Assembly: GCA_963745245.1 (NCBI GenBank)
Contig: CAVUWU010000004.1
Location: 25,363-89,362, forward strand
Direction of reading: 5' to 3'
DNA length: 64,000 nt
From: an uncultured Actinomycetota bacterium
GTDB taxonomy: Bacteria > Actinomycetota > Actinomycetes > Propionibacteriales > Nocardioidaceae
A program made the translations under genes and the position numbers. This document shows, piece after piece, positions 55,325 to 64,000 of the stretch. The number at the start of each line of letters is the position of its first letter. Position 1 is the first letter of the stretch. Below the pieces are notes generated by a model. That model did not search any database. It was not told where the DNA came from and saw only the letters and a program-made list of their open reading frames with translations.

Positions 55325-56832
55325 GGACGATCCAGCACTGGATCGACGGCGAGCCGACCGGCGGCGTCGGCACGAGCCGCGGACCGGTGTGGAACCCGGC
55401 CACCGGCGAGCAGCAGGCGGTGGTGGCGCTGGCGTCCGGGGCCGACGTGGACACGGCGGTGGCGGTGGCCGTCGAGGCGTTTGCCGGCTGGTCGCAGGCC
55501 TCGCTCAGCCGCCGTGCCACCGTGATGTTCGACTTCCGCGAGCGGGTCAGGGCCGCTGCCGACCGGCTTGCCGAGGCCATCACCGACGAGCACGGCAAGG
55601 TCCTCGCCGACGCCCGAGGTGAGGTGCAGCGCGGTCTGGAGGTCGTCGAATTCGCCTGCGGGATCCCGCATCTGCTCAAGGGTGACTTCTCCGCGCAGGT
55701 CTCCGCGGGTGTCGACCTGCACTCCTTCCGGGAGCCGCTGGGGGTCTGCGTGGGCATCACGCCGTTCAACTTCCCGGCGATGGTCCCGATGTGGATGTTC
55801 CCGGTCGCCATCGCCTGTGGGAACACCTTCGTCCTCAAGCCCAGCGAGCGGGACCCGTCGGCCTCCATGCTGTTGGCCCAGCTGTGGGCCGAGGCCGGGC
55901 TCCCCGCTGGTGTCTTCAACGTCCTCCACGGGGACGGCGAGACCGTGGCCGCACTGGTCGAGCATCCGGACGTGGCCGCGGTGTCCTTCGTGGGCTCCAC
56001 GCCGATCGCCCGGTCCCTGCATCGCCGGGCCACCGAGCACGGAAAGCGCGTCCAGGCCCTGGGCGGCGCCAAGAACCACGCCGTGGTGATGCCCGACGCC
56101 GACCCGGAGCACACCGCCGACCAGCTCGTCACGGCGGCCTTCGGCTCGGCTGGAGAGCGGTGCATGGCCATCTCCGCGGCCGTCACGGTCGGTGAGGCCG
56201 GGCGGGAGGTGGTCGGCCTGGTGACGGAGAAGGCCGAGGCGGTGCGCGTCGGCCCCGGTCGCGACCCGGCCGCCGAGGTCGGACCGGTGATCACCGGGCA
56301 GGCCCGGGACCGGATCGTGGCGCTGATCGGCTCCGGCGAGCGGGAGGGTGCCCGGATCGCCGTCGACGGCCGCGGGATCACGGTGCCCGGGCACGAGGGC
56401 GGCTTCTTCGTCGGCCCGACGGTCCTCGACCGGGTCGCTGCGGCCATGGAGGTCTACCGCGAGGAGGTGTTCGGCCCGGTCCTCTCGGTGCTGCACGCCC
56501 CCGACATCGATGCCGCGATCGCTCTGGTCAACGCCAGCCCCTACGGCAACGGTACGGCGGTCTTCACCAGCAGCGGAGAGACGGCGCGCCGCTTCGAACG
56601 GGACGTCCGGGTCGGCATGATCGGAGTCAACGTGCCGATCCCGGTGCCGGTGGCCAGCTATTCGTTCGGGGGGTGGAAGGACTCGCTGTTCGGTGAGCAC
56701 CACATGCACGGCCCTGACGGCGTCGCCTTCTACACCCGGTCCAAGGTGGTGACCAGCCGGTGGCCGGTCCTCGCGCCCGCCGATCACGGCGAGCGGCCTC
56801 GGGCGCCGTTCAGCTTTCCCACGCACCGATGA
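55321..56832 (+). CDS. iolA: CoA-acylating methylmalonate/malonate-semialdehyde dehydrogenase
   Basis: ITPFNFPAMVP, VLKPSERDP, GGAKNH, AGERCMA (catalytic Cys). ATGA overlap with iolD. Confidence 0.9.
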   Translation: MRTIQHWIDGEPTGGVGTSRGPVWNPATGEQQAVVALASGADVDTAVAVAVEAFAGWSQASLSRRATVMFDFRERVRAAADRLAEAITDEHGKVLADARGEVQRGLEVVEFACGIPHLLKGDFSAQVSAGVDLHSFREPLGVCVGITPFNFPAMVPMWMFPVAIACGNTFVLKPSERDPSASMLLAQLWAEAGLPAGVFNVLHGDGETVAALVEHPDVAAVSFVGSTPIARSLHRRATEHGKRVQALGGAKNHAVVMPDADPEHTADQLVTAAFGSAGERCMAISAAVTVGEAGREVVGLVTEKAEAVRVGPGRDPAAEVGPVITGQARDRIVALIGSGEREGARIAVDGRGITVPGHEGGFFVGPTVLDRVAAAMEVYREEVFGPVLSVLHAPDIDAAIALVNASPYGNGTAVFTSSGETARRFERDVRVGMIGVNVPIPVPVASYSFGGWKDSLFGEHHMHGPDGVAFYTRSKVVTSRWPVLAPADHGERPRAPFSFPTHR

Positions 56833-56917
56833 GGTCGCCCTCGCCCGGCTCTGGCGCCGAGCCGGGCGGCTCCCTGCGCACTCGACACGTTCGACTCGTT
56901 CGACTAGGAGGACAACC

Positions 56918-57898
56918 ATGAGGTTGCGACGCGTACTCACCCTCGGACTCGCCGCCGGGGCGCTCACGCTCGCTGGCTGCAGCACCGGCCAGGACGACGG
57001 CGACGGCGGCGACGGCGGGGGCGGGGGCGCCGACACCGGCGACATCCGCATCGACGTGGTCACCCACGCGGCGCCCGGCGACTCGTTCTGGGATGTCGTC
57101 AAGGCCGGCAGCGACCGGGCGGGGGAGGACCTCGGCATCGACGTGCGCTACACCAGCTCTCCCGAGCCTGGGGAGCAGAGCACGCTCATCGACAACGCGG
57201 TGGCCGACGGCACCGACGGGCTCGTGGTCTCGATGGCCAACCCGGACGGCCTGGAGTCCAGCATCCGTGCGGCAGTCGAGGCGGGCGTGCCGGTGATCAC
57301 GATCAACTCCGGCATCGAGCGGTGGCAGGACTTCGGCGCCATCACCCACGTCGGCCAGAGCGAGACCATCGCCGGGGAGGCCGCCGGCCGTCAGCTCGAC
57401 CAGGCGGGGGCGACCACCGCGATCTGTGTCATTCACGAGGCCGGCAACATCTCGCTGGAGGAGCGCTGCAAGGCCGCGGCCTCCACCTTCGGCGGTCGGA
57501 TGCGCAACCTGCAGACCGACATCACCGACCTCGCGGCCTCCCAGGCCACCATCGAGTCGCAGCTCACCGCCAACGACGCGATCGACGGCATCCTGACCCT
57601 CGGCGGCGACACGGCGGGGCGTGCGGCGGCGGCGGTGGACGCCACCGGCAGGGATGTCGTGGTGGGCACCTTCGACGTCAATGCCGACGTGGCCCAGCTG
57701 GTCAGCGACGGCGACCTGGCCTTCGCCATCGACCAGCAGCCCTTCGTGCAGGGCTATCTCGGGGTGACCGGCGTCTATCTCAAGCTGATCAACGGCAACG
57801 ACATCGGCGGCGGCCAGCCGGTCTTCTCCGGGCCCGCGATCGTCACCCAGGACAACGCCGACGCCGTGCTGCAGTTCGCCGAGAGCGGGACACGCTGA
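56918..57898 (+). CDS. sugar ABC transporter substrate-binding lipoprotein (RbsB-like, likely inositol)
   Basis: Lipobox LTLAGCS, Gly/Asp-rich linker, periplasmic-binding-protein type-1 pattern. AGGAGG RBS. Confidence 0.85.
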   Translation: MRLRRVLTLGLAAGALTLAGCSTGQDDGDGGDGGGGGADTGDIRIDVVTHAAPGDSFWDVVKAGSDRAGEDLGIDVRYTSSPEPGEQSTLIDNAVADGTDGLVVSMANPDGLESSIRAAVEAGVPVITINSGIERWQDFGAITHVGQSETIAGEAAGRQLDQAGATTAICVIHEAGNISLEERCKAAASTFGGRMRNLQTDITDLAASQATIESQLTANDAIDGILTLGGDTAGRAAAAVDATGRDVVVGTFDVNADVAQLVSDGDLAFAIDQQPFVQGYLGVTGVYLKLINGNDIGGGQPVFSGPAIVTQDNADAVLQFAESGTR

Positions 57899-57977
57899 GG
57901 ACACAGCGGGACGCGCTGAGGACGCCAGGCGCGGCCCGTTCGCGCGCGGACGGGGGATCCCGACCGAGGAAGGACCC

Positions 57978-59090
57978 GTGATGGGCACGAGCACCGCCCA
58001 GCCACCGCCCCCGGCGACGCCGGCCCCGGCCGGAGACGACCGGCTCTCCTCGTCGCACCGCTGGAGGCGTGTCCTGCGCCGGCCCGAGGTCGGGGCGATG
58101 GCCGGTGCGCTGGTGATCTTCGCCTTCTTCGCGCTCCGCACCGACTCCTTCATCGAGCCGGCCGGCGCCAGCACCTGGGTGTTCAACGCCTCGACGGTCG
58201 GCATCATGGCGGTCGCGGTCTCCCTGCTGATGATCGGTGGCGAGTTCGACCTCTCCGCCGGGGCGATGATCGGCACGACCGGGCTGACCACCGGCATCCT
58301 GATGACCGAGTTCGGACTCTCGGTGTGGCTCGCCATCGCGGTGGCCCTGGTGGTGGCGTTGGCCGTGGGCGCCCTCAACGGCTTCCTGGTGATGACGACG
58401 AAGCTGCCGAGCTTCATCGTGACGCTCGGCACCTTCTTCGTGCTCCAGGGGGTAAACCTGGCGGTCACCAAGATCCTCATCGGCAAGGTGTCGGTGACCG
58501 GGCTGAAGAGCGTCGGGGGCTACCTCGACGGCAAGCAGGTCTTCGGCTCGTGGGTCGACATCGGCATGAGCTGGGTTCCGTGGCTGGAGCCCTCCGACGT
58601 CAAGACCTCACTCACTCTCTACTCGGCCACCTTCTGGTTCGTCGGCGTCACCGCCCTGGCCACCTGGGTGCTGCTGCGCACCAGGCCGGGCAACTGGGTC
58701 TTCGCCGTCGGGGGGGCGCAGCACAGCGCTCGGCAGGTCGGCGTCGCGGTGTTCGGCACCAAGGTGGGGCTGTTCATGACCACCGCCACCGCCGGGTGGC
58801 TGGTCGGCATGCTCAACCTGTTCAAGACCACGACGGTGCAGAGCACCACGGGGGTCGGCCAGGAGTTCATCTTCATCATCTGCGCGGTGGTGGGCGGCTG
58901 CCTGCTCACCGGCGGTTACGGCTCCCCCGTCGGTGCCGCCTTCGGCGCCCTGATCTACGGCATGGTCCAGCAGGGCATCCCGCAGGCGGGCTGGGACAAC
59001 GACTGGCTCTACGCCTTCCTCGGGGTGATGCTGCTCGGCGCCGTCCTGGTCAACAACTGGGTCAAGGCGCAGGCGGAGTCGCTGCGATGA
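57978..59090 (+). CDS. sugar ABC transporter permease (RbsC/AraH type)
   Basis: 370-aa polytopic ORF. GTG 57978 or ATG 57981. Confidence 0.85.
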   Translation: MMGTSTAQPPPPATPAPAGDDRLSSSHRWRRVLRRPEVGAMAGALVIFAFFALRTDSFIEPAGASTWVFNASTVGIMAVAVSLLMIGGEFDLSAGAMIGTTGLTTGILMTEFGLSVWLAIAVALVVALAVGALNGFLVMTTKLPSFIVTLGTFFVLQGVNLAVTKILIGKVSVTGLKSVGGYLDGKQVFGSWVDIGMSWVPWLEPSDVKTSLTLYSATFWFVGVTALATWVLLRTRPGNWVFAVGGAQHSARQVGVAVFGTKVGLFMTTATAGWLVGMLNLFKTTTVQSTTGVGQEFIFIICAVVGGCLLTGGYGSPVGAAFGALIYGMVQQGIPQAGWDNDWLYAFLGVMLLGAVLVNNWVKAQAESLR

Positions 59091-59950
59091 GCGCCACTCG
59101 CACCCGGTCCTCGGCCACCCACGCTCTCCCGGCCCCGGGGACTGCGCTGATCGAGGTCCGGGACATCGGCAAGTCCTACGGCTCGGTGATCGCCCTGCGC
59201 GAGGTCACCATCAGCGTCAACGCCGGGGAGGTGACCTGCGTCCTGGGCGACAACGGCGCCGGCAAGTCCACCTTCATCAAGATCCTCTCCGGTGCCCACG
59301 TGCACACCGAGGGCGTCTTCACCGTGGACGGGGTCGAGCGGCGCTTCTCCTCGCCTCGGGAGGCGCTCGACCTCGGCATTGCGACGGTCTACCAGGACCT
59401 GGCGGTGGTGCCCCTGATGCCGGTGTGGCGCAACTTCTTCCTCGGCTCGGAGCTCACCACGGGCATCGGGCCGCTGCGGCGCCTCGACATCGCCGCGATG
59501 AAGCAGACCACCAAGGACGAGCTGGCCGCGATGGGGATTGACCTGCGCGACGTCGACCAGCCGATCGGCACCCTGTCGGGCGGGGAGCGGCAATGCGTCG
59601 CGATCGCGCGCGCCGTCCACTTCGGGGCGCGGGTGCTGATCCTGGACGAGCCGACCGCCGCGCTCGGCGTGCGGCAGTCCGGCATCGTGCTCACCTACGT
59701 CGCCCGGGCCCGGGCGCGGGGGCTCGGGGTCGTGCTGATCACGCACAACCCGCACCACGCCTATCCGGTGGGCGACAGGTTCATGCTGTTGCGGCGTGGC
59801 CGCAGCATGGGCACCTTCTCCAAGGCCGAGCTGTCCCTCGACGAGCTGGCGACGATGATGGCCGGCGGTGCGGAGCTCGAGGCGCTTAGCCAGGAGCTGG
59901 CCCGGGAGCTCCCGTCCTCGGACCCGACCGAGGACGGGAGCTCCCGATGA
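59087..59950 (+). CDS. sugar ABC transporter ATP-binding protein (single NBD)
   Basis: Lies in ORF 58325..59950. ATG 59087 overlaps the permease stop. [22 protein letters not shown]. Confidence 0.9.
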   Translation: MSATRTRSSATHALPAPGTALIEVRDIGKSYGSVIALREVTISVNAGEVTCVLGDNGAGKSTFIKILSGAHVHTEGVFTVDGVERRFSSPREALDLGIATVYQDLAVVPLMPVWRNFFLGSELTTGIGPLRRLDIAAMKQTTKDELAAMGIDLRDVDQPIGTLSGGERQCVAIARAVHFGARVLILDEPTAALGVRQSGIVLTYVARARARGLGVVLITHNPHHAYPVGDRFMLLRRGRSMGTFSKAELSLDELATMMAGGAELEALSQELARELPSSDPTEDGSSR

Positions 59951-61116
59951 GTGGTGTTCGGCAGGTCGGGGTCGGGGTCGTGGGCTTCGGGTGGATGGGT
60001 CAGGTGCACGCGCGGGCGTGGAACCGGCTGCTCCAGCACTACCCCGACGGCCCGGTGCGGCCCCGGCTCGTGGGGGTCGCGGAGCCCGACGGGGACCGGC
60101 GCGCGCTTGCGCTCTCGGCGTACGGCTTCACCGCGGCAAGTCCGGACTGGCGGTCGCTGCTGGACCGCGACGACCTCGACGTCGTCAGCGTGTGCGGCCC
60201 CAACTTCGTCCACCGTGAGGTCGGCGTCGCCGTGGCCGAGAGCGGGCGGCACCTGTGGATCGAGAAGCCGGCCGGGACGTGTGTGGAGGACACCGAGGCG
60301 ATCCTGGCGGCTGTGCGCGCGGCCGGCGTGAAGTCGGCGGTGGGCTTCAACTACCGCAACGCCCCGGCCGTGGAGGTCGCCCGCCAGATCGTCGCCTCGG
60401 GGTGGCTCGGCGAGGTGGAGACGGTGGACGTCCGGCTGCTCGCGGACTACTCCGCCCACCCCGACGGCGTCCTGTCGTGGCGCTTCGACCCCCGGTACGC
60501 CGGCACGGGGGTGCTCGGCGACCTCGCCAGCCATGGTTTCGACCTCGCCCGGCACGTCGGCGGGGAGCGCGTCGGGGAGATCCGCGAGCTGGTGGCCGAC
60601 CAGGCGACGTTCATCGCCGAGCGGCCCGCGATCACCGGGACCGTGTCGCACTTCGCGCGAGGAGGCGACGGTCCGCGCGGGCGGGTGGGCAACGAGGACC
60701 AGGTCTCGGCCCTGCTGCGCTTCGACTCCGGCGCACACGGCACCCTGCTCGCCTCCCGCGTCGCGGTGGGGGAGCAGTGCGCCTACGGCATCGAGGTGCG
60801 CGGGACGCGCGGCGCCGTGGCGTGGGACTTCCGGCGGATGGGTGAGCTGCGCACGTGCCTGGACCAGGACTTCCAGGATGCCGCCTGGCAGACCCGCCTG
60901 GTGCGCCCCGGCGACGGCGAGCTGGCCGCCTTCCAGCCCGGCGCCGGCATCGCGATGGGCTACGACGACCTCAAGGTCGTGGAGGCCAGGAGGCTGGCCC
61001 AGAGCATCGCCACCGGCGCTGACCACGGCGCAAGCCTCGACGACGCCGTGGCCGCCGCCAGGCTGGTCGATGCGATGGTGGTCTCGCACCGCGAGGGAAG
61101 GTGGGTGGCTCCATGA
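59947..61116 (+). CDS. Gfo/Idh/MocA-family oxidoreductase (inositol/inosose dehydrogenase-like)
   Basis: [14 protein letters not shown] Rossmann motif, WIEKPAG. ATGA overlap with the ATPase gene. Confidence 0.85.
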   Translation: MSGVRQVGVGVVGFGWMGQVHARAWNRLLQHYPDGPVRPRLVGVAEPDGDRRALALSAYGFTAASPDWRSLLDRDDLDVVSVCGPNFVHREVGVAVAESGRHLWIEKPAGTCVEDTEAILAAVRAAGVKSAVGFNYRNAPAVEVARQIVASGWLGEVETVDVRLLADYSAHPDGVLSWRFDPRYAGTGVLGDLASHGFDLARHVGGERVGEIRELVADQATFIAERPAITGTVSHFARGGDGPRGRVGNEDQVSALLRFDSGAHGTLLASRVAVGEQCAYGIEVRGTRGAVAWDFRRMGELRTCLDQDFQDAAWQTRLVRPGDGELAAFQPGAGIAMGYDDLKVVEARRLAQSIATGADHGASLDDAVAAARLVDAMVVSHREGRWVAP

Positions 61117-62123
61117 CCGTGCCGGGAGCAGGGCCGCTGCGGGTCGGCGTGATCGGAGCCGGTGCGATGGGTGCCGCGCACGCCGCGATGCTGACCGACC
61201 AGGTCCCAGGCGCTGCCGTCGTGCGGGTCTTCGACCCCGACCAGGACCGGTGCCGCGCGGTCGCAGAGGCGTCCGGCGCCGCTCAGACCGACGGCGCCGC
61301 GGAGGTGGTCACCGCCGAGGACGTGGAGGCGCTGCTGATCGCGGCTCCCGACGCACTGCACGAGGAGCTTGCCCTCGCCGGTCTCGCGGTCGGCAAGCCC
61401 ACCTTGTGCGAGAAGCCGCTGGCGACCTCCCCCGCCGGGTCGCTGCGGGTCGTCCACGCCGAGGCCGCCACGGGTCGGCGGCTTGTCCAGGTGGGCTTCA
61501 TGCGGCGGTTCGACCCGGGGTACGCCGCCCTCCGGAAGGGGCTCGACGAGGGAGCCGTGGGCCTGATCCGGACCGCCCACTGCATCCATCGCAACGCCCG
61601 GGCACACCCCGACGCCACCTCCGAGGGCGTGCTGGTCAACTCGATGATCCACGAGTTCGACATCGTGCCGTGGCTCCTCGGCGACCGGGTCGCCGCGGTC
61701 ACGGTGCACGCCGCGCGGGTGCCCGATGGCCACCTCCGCGACGTGCAGGTGGCGGTGCTCGAAACTCGTGGCGGGGTGGTGGTGACCGTCGAGGTGTCGG
61801 TCAACGCGCGCTACGGCTACGACGTCCGCGCCGAGATCCTCGGCACCGAGGGCACGCTGCGGTTGAACCCGCCGTCCCCGGTGGCCATCCGGTGCGACGG
61901 GCTGGACGCGCTCCCGGTCGCCCCGGGCTTCGTCGAGCGCTTCAGTGAGGCCTACCGCCTGCAGCTGGTGGCGTGGGTGCGCGCCGCGCGGGCCGGCCGA
62001 GTGACCGGGCCGTCCGCCTGGGACGGGCACGTGGCCAACCTGGTCGCGGAGGCGGCGGTGGAGTCGCTGCGGGGTGCGGGGCGCGTGGAGGTGCCGCAGG
62101 ACGCACCGGTGCCGACGGCATGA
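61113..62123 (+). CDS. iolG: inositol 2-dehydrogenase-like Gfo/Idh/MocA oxidoreductase
   Basis: Lies in ORF 61101..62123. ATG 61113 overlaps the preceding stop. VGVIGAGAMGAAHA, CEKPLA, GFMRRFDPGY. Confidence 0.75.
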   Translation: MTVPGAGPLRVGVIGAGAMGAAHAAMLTDQVPGAAVVRVFDPDQDRCRAVAEASGAAQTDGAAEVVTAEDVEALLIAAPDALHEELALAGLAVGKPTLCEKPLATSPAGSLRVVHAEAATGRRLVQVGFMRRFDPGYAALRKGLDEGAVGLIRTAHCIHRNARAHPDATSEGVLVNSMIHEFDIVPWLLGDRVAAVTVHAARVPDGHLRDVQVAVLETRGGVVVTVEVSVNARYGYDVRAEILGTEGTLRLNPPSPVAIRCDGLDALPVAPGFVERFSEAYRLQLVAWVRAARAGRVTGPSAWDGHVANLVAEAAVESLRGAGRVEVPQDAPVPTA

Positions 62124-62161
62124 CGCCGCTGGTCTGATCAGCCCTCCCCGGCGGTGTCCGG

Positions 62162-63628
62162 ATGGGAGCGGTGGGGCAGGCTGGTCCCGTGCAACAGCTC
62201 AGCGGTCTGGACGCCGCCTTCCTGGCCCTCGACTCCCCGACCGTCTATGGGCATGTCGGCAGTGTCTCGATCCTGGACCCGTCGACGTCGCCCGAGCCCC
62301 TCACCCTCGAGCGGATGACCCGGATGGTGGAGTCACGGTTGCCGTTGATCCCGCCGTTCCGCCGCAAGCTCGTCACCGTGCCGTTGGGACTGGACCAGCC
62401 GTACTGGATCGAGGACCCCGACTTCGACATCGAGTTTCACGTCCGGGAGCTGGCCCTCCCTGCCCCGGGCAACAACCGCCAGCTGGCCGACCAGGCCGCG
62501 CGGCTGCACGCCCGGCAGCTCGACCGCAGCCGGCCGCTATGGGAGCTCTACCTCATCCACGGCCTCGAAGGCGGGCGCGTCGCGGTGTACAGCAAGGTGC
62601 ACCATGCCGCGATCGACGGTGTCGCCGGGAACGACATCGTCAGCGCCCTGATGGACCTCTCCCCCGAGGGCCGCGACGTCCCGTCGGGCGAGCCCCCCCA
62701 CGCCGGCGAGCGCCCGACCGGCGTCGGGCTGCTCGCCCGCAGCGCGCTGAACGGGCTGCGCCAGCCGATGCGTGCCACCCGGTTCTCGGCGGGGCTGCTC
62801 GGCTCCCTGCCGGCCGTCGTCACCAGCCCCGCCCGTCCGCAGATCCCGGTGGTCGACCGGCTGATCCCGAAGCGGGGGCGCACCGCGGTGCTGAACACCA
62901 CACCGCTGCGCGCCCCCGCCACCCCGTTCAACAAGAACATCGGACCGCACCGCCGGTGGGCCTTCGGCTGCCTGCCGCTCGCGCAGGTGAAGGAGATCAA
63001 GAAGGCCCAAGGCACCACCGTGAACGACGTGGTGATGGCGGTCTGTGCGGGTGCGCTGCGGACCTGGCTGCTGGCACACGGGGAGCTTCCCGCCGGCCCC
63101 TTGATCGCAGCCGTCCCGGTCTCGGTGCGCACTGCAGAGGAGGCCGGTGCGGCCGGCAACCGGGTCTCCGCGCTGCTCGCACCGCTGCCCACCCACCTGG
63201 ACACCCCGCTCGAGCGCCTGGAGGCCTGTCACGAGGCGATGCGCGCGGCCAAGGACCAGCATGAGGCGCTGCCGGCCAACCTGCTCAGCGACGTGGCGCA
63301 GTTCGCGATGCCCGCGGTGGCCAACCAAGCCGGACGGCTGGCGGCGCGACTGAAGCTGATGGAGCGGGCCAATCCGTTCAACCTGATCATCTCCAACGTG
63401 CCCGGGCCGGCGGTCGACCTCTACATGGGCGGGGCGCGCCTGGAGGGGATCTACCCGATGTCGGCGATCGCGGACGGCCAGGGGCTCAACATCACCGTGC
63501 TGAGTCTGGGCGGCCAGCTGCACTTCGGCGTGATCGCCGACCGTGACCTCGTGCCTGACGTGGACCTGCTCATGACAGCCCTGGAGGAGGAGGTCGCCGC
63601 GCTGCGCGCGGCGCTCGGTATCGACTAG
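62162..63628 (+). CDS. WS/DGAT-family O-acyltransferase (second paralog)
   Basis: VQQLSGLDAAFL, HHAAIDGVAGN, SNVPGP. ATG 62162 or GTG 62189. Confidence 0.85.
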   Translation: MGAVGQAGPVQQLSGLDAAFLALDSPTVYGHVGSVSILDPSTSPEPLTLERMTRMVESRLPLIPPFRRKLVTVPLGLDQPYWIEDPDFDIEFHVRELALPAPGNNRQLADQAARLHARQLDRSRPLWELYLIHGLEGGRVAVYSKVHHAAIDGVAGNDIVSALMDLSPEGRDVPSGEPPHAGERPTGVGLLARSALNGLRQPMRATRFSAGLLGSLPAVVTSPARPQIPVVDRLIPKRGRTAVLNTTPLRAPATPFNKNIGPHRRWAFGCLPLAQVKEIKKAQGTTVNDVVMAVCAGALRTWLLAHGELPAGPLIAAVPVSVRTAEEAGAAGNRVSALLAPLPTHLDTPLERLEACHEAMRAAKDQHEALPANLLSDVAQFAMPAVANQAGRLAARLKLMERANPFNLIISNVPGPAVDLYMGGARLEGIYPMSAIADGQGLNITVLSLGGQLHFGVIADRDLVPDVDLLMTALEEEVAALRAALGID

Positions 63629-63695
63629 ACCAACGTCGAGCTCACGTCTAGCTCCGGGTTCGCACAGCCCTCGCTCCGGGCGTCGCACGCCAGAG

Positions 63696-63714
63696 CTCAC
63701 CCGTCGGGGGTGAG
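63696..63714 (+). terminator. candidate hairpin CTCACCC-gtcgg-GGGTGAG downstream of WS/DGAT
   Basis: Perfect 7-bp stem, 5-nt loop, 68 nt after the stop. No T-tract, so assignment as an intrinsic terminator is weak. Confidence 0.3.
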
Positions 63715-63814
63715 GCGCCCGCGCCTCGGGCTGCCCACGATGGAGGCGTCCCAGGGCAGGGCCGGGACGGTTCCCGGGACCAAGCCGATGAAGTGAGAGG
63801 CAGAGGAGACCCAC

Positions 63815-64000
63815 GTGGCCACGCTGAGCGTCTGGAAGTTCCCCACCCCTGACGGTGCCGACAACGCCGTCGAAATCCTGCGCGACCTGATGAGCAAGGA
63901 GCTGATCAAGGTCCACGACGCCGCGACGGTGTCCTGGGAGGAAGGCAAGAAGAAGCCCAAGACGCGTCAGGAGCACAACCTGGCCGCGGCCGGAGCTCTG
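63815..64000 (+). CDS. DUF1269-domain protein, N-terminal 62 codons (runs off the right edge)
   Basis: Not in the ORF track. GTG 63815 follows GAGGAG. Manual translation gives VATLSVWKFPTPDGADNAVEILRDLMSKELIKVHDAATVSWEEGKKKPKTRQEHNLAAAGAL, the typical DUF1269 N-terminus. Confidence 0.7.
   Translation, partial: MATLSVWKFPTPDGADNAVEILRDLMSKELIKVHDAATVSWEEGKKKPKTRQEHNLAAAGAL

Overview
64-kb, visibly very G+C-rich, gene-dense chromosomal segment. I call 59 CDS, 2 of them truncated by the window edges. Most neighbours are under 100 nt apart or coupled by ATGA/GTGA stop-start overlaps. The character is actinobacterial (protein families, frequent GTG starts, GGAGG-type RBS), but the taxon cannot be verified here. 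I found no rRNA, tRNA, CRISPR array, transposase, integrase or phage gene. Blocks: (1) 1-7.1 kb: FAD-oxidase fragment, atypical SDR, TfoX-N protein coupled to a nitrilase-superfamily hydrolase, orphan Ula/Sga-type PTS (IIC plus fused IIA-IIB), ABC-2 exporter. (2) 7.2-13.7 kb signalling: OmpR/HK pair, PAS-GGDEF cyclase coupled to a multi-PAS hybrid kinase, Crp/Fnr regulator. (3) 13.9-17.2 kb extracytoplasmic thiol-redox module: TlpA-like thioredoxin, CcdA, 4-TM protein, divergent DUF3179 lipoprotein. (4) 17.4-23.1 kb: cytosolic six-Asp-box propeller plus a GG-terminated MoaD/ThiS-like protein, then lutABC with a GAF-PP2C phosphatase as coupled fourth cistron. (5) 23.3-28.5 kb: REC plus polytopic PAS kinase, pyruvoyl arginine decarboxylase coupled to an unknown 193-aa protein, EAL-HDOD protein. 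(6) 28.7-49.4 kb lipid/acyl-CoA block: WS/DGAT flanked by two alpha/beta hydrolases; SDR + ACAD10/11-type dehydrogenase + APH-type kinase; TetR; enoyl-CoA hydratase; single-chain BC-BCCP-CT carboxylase; TetR; thiolase; FabG; two MDR reductases; MaoC hydratase; a heteromeric-type ACAD pair; SDR. (7) 49.5-62.1 kb: ROK kinase plus myo-inositol catabolic operon (iolE-like, iolC, iolB, iolD, iolA, ABC importer, two Gfo/Idh/MocA dehydrogenases). (8) Second WS/DGAT paralog and a DUF1269 fragment. Best candidates for something undescribed: the split kinase/ACAD (Lva- or ACAD10/11-like) module wired to a single-chain carboxylase; the propeller + ubiquitin-fold pair; the pdaD + unknown-protein pair; an intergenic array built on the palindrome GTCAGTGACTGAC; and a 12-bp tandem array that contains every possible start codon of a hydrolase gene. 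All functional calls come from motif and family recognition by eye on the supplied translations and DNA. No database search or statistics were run, and start codons are best guesses.
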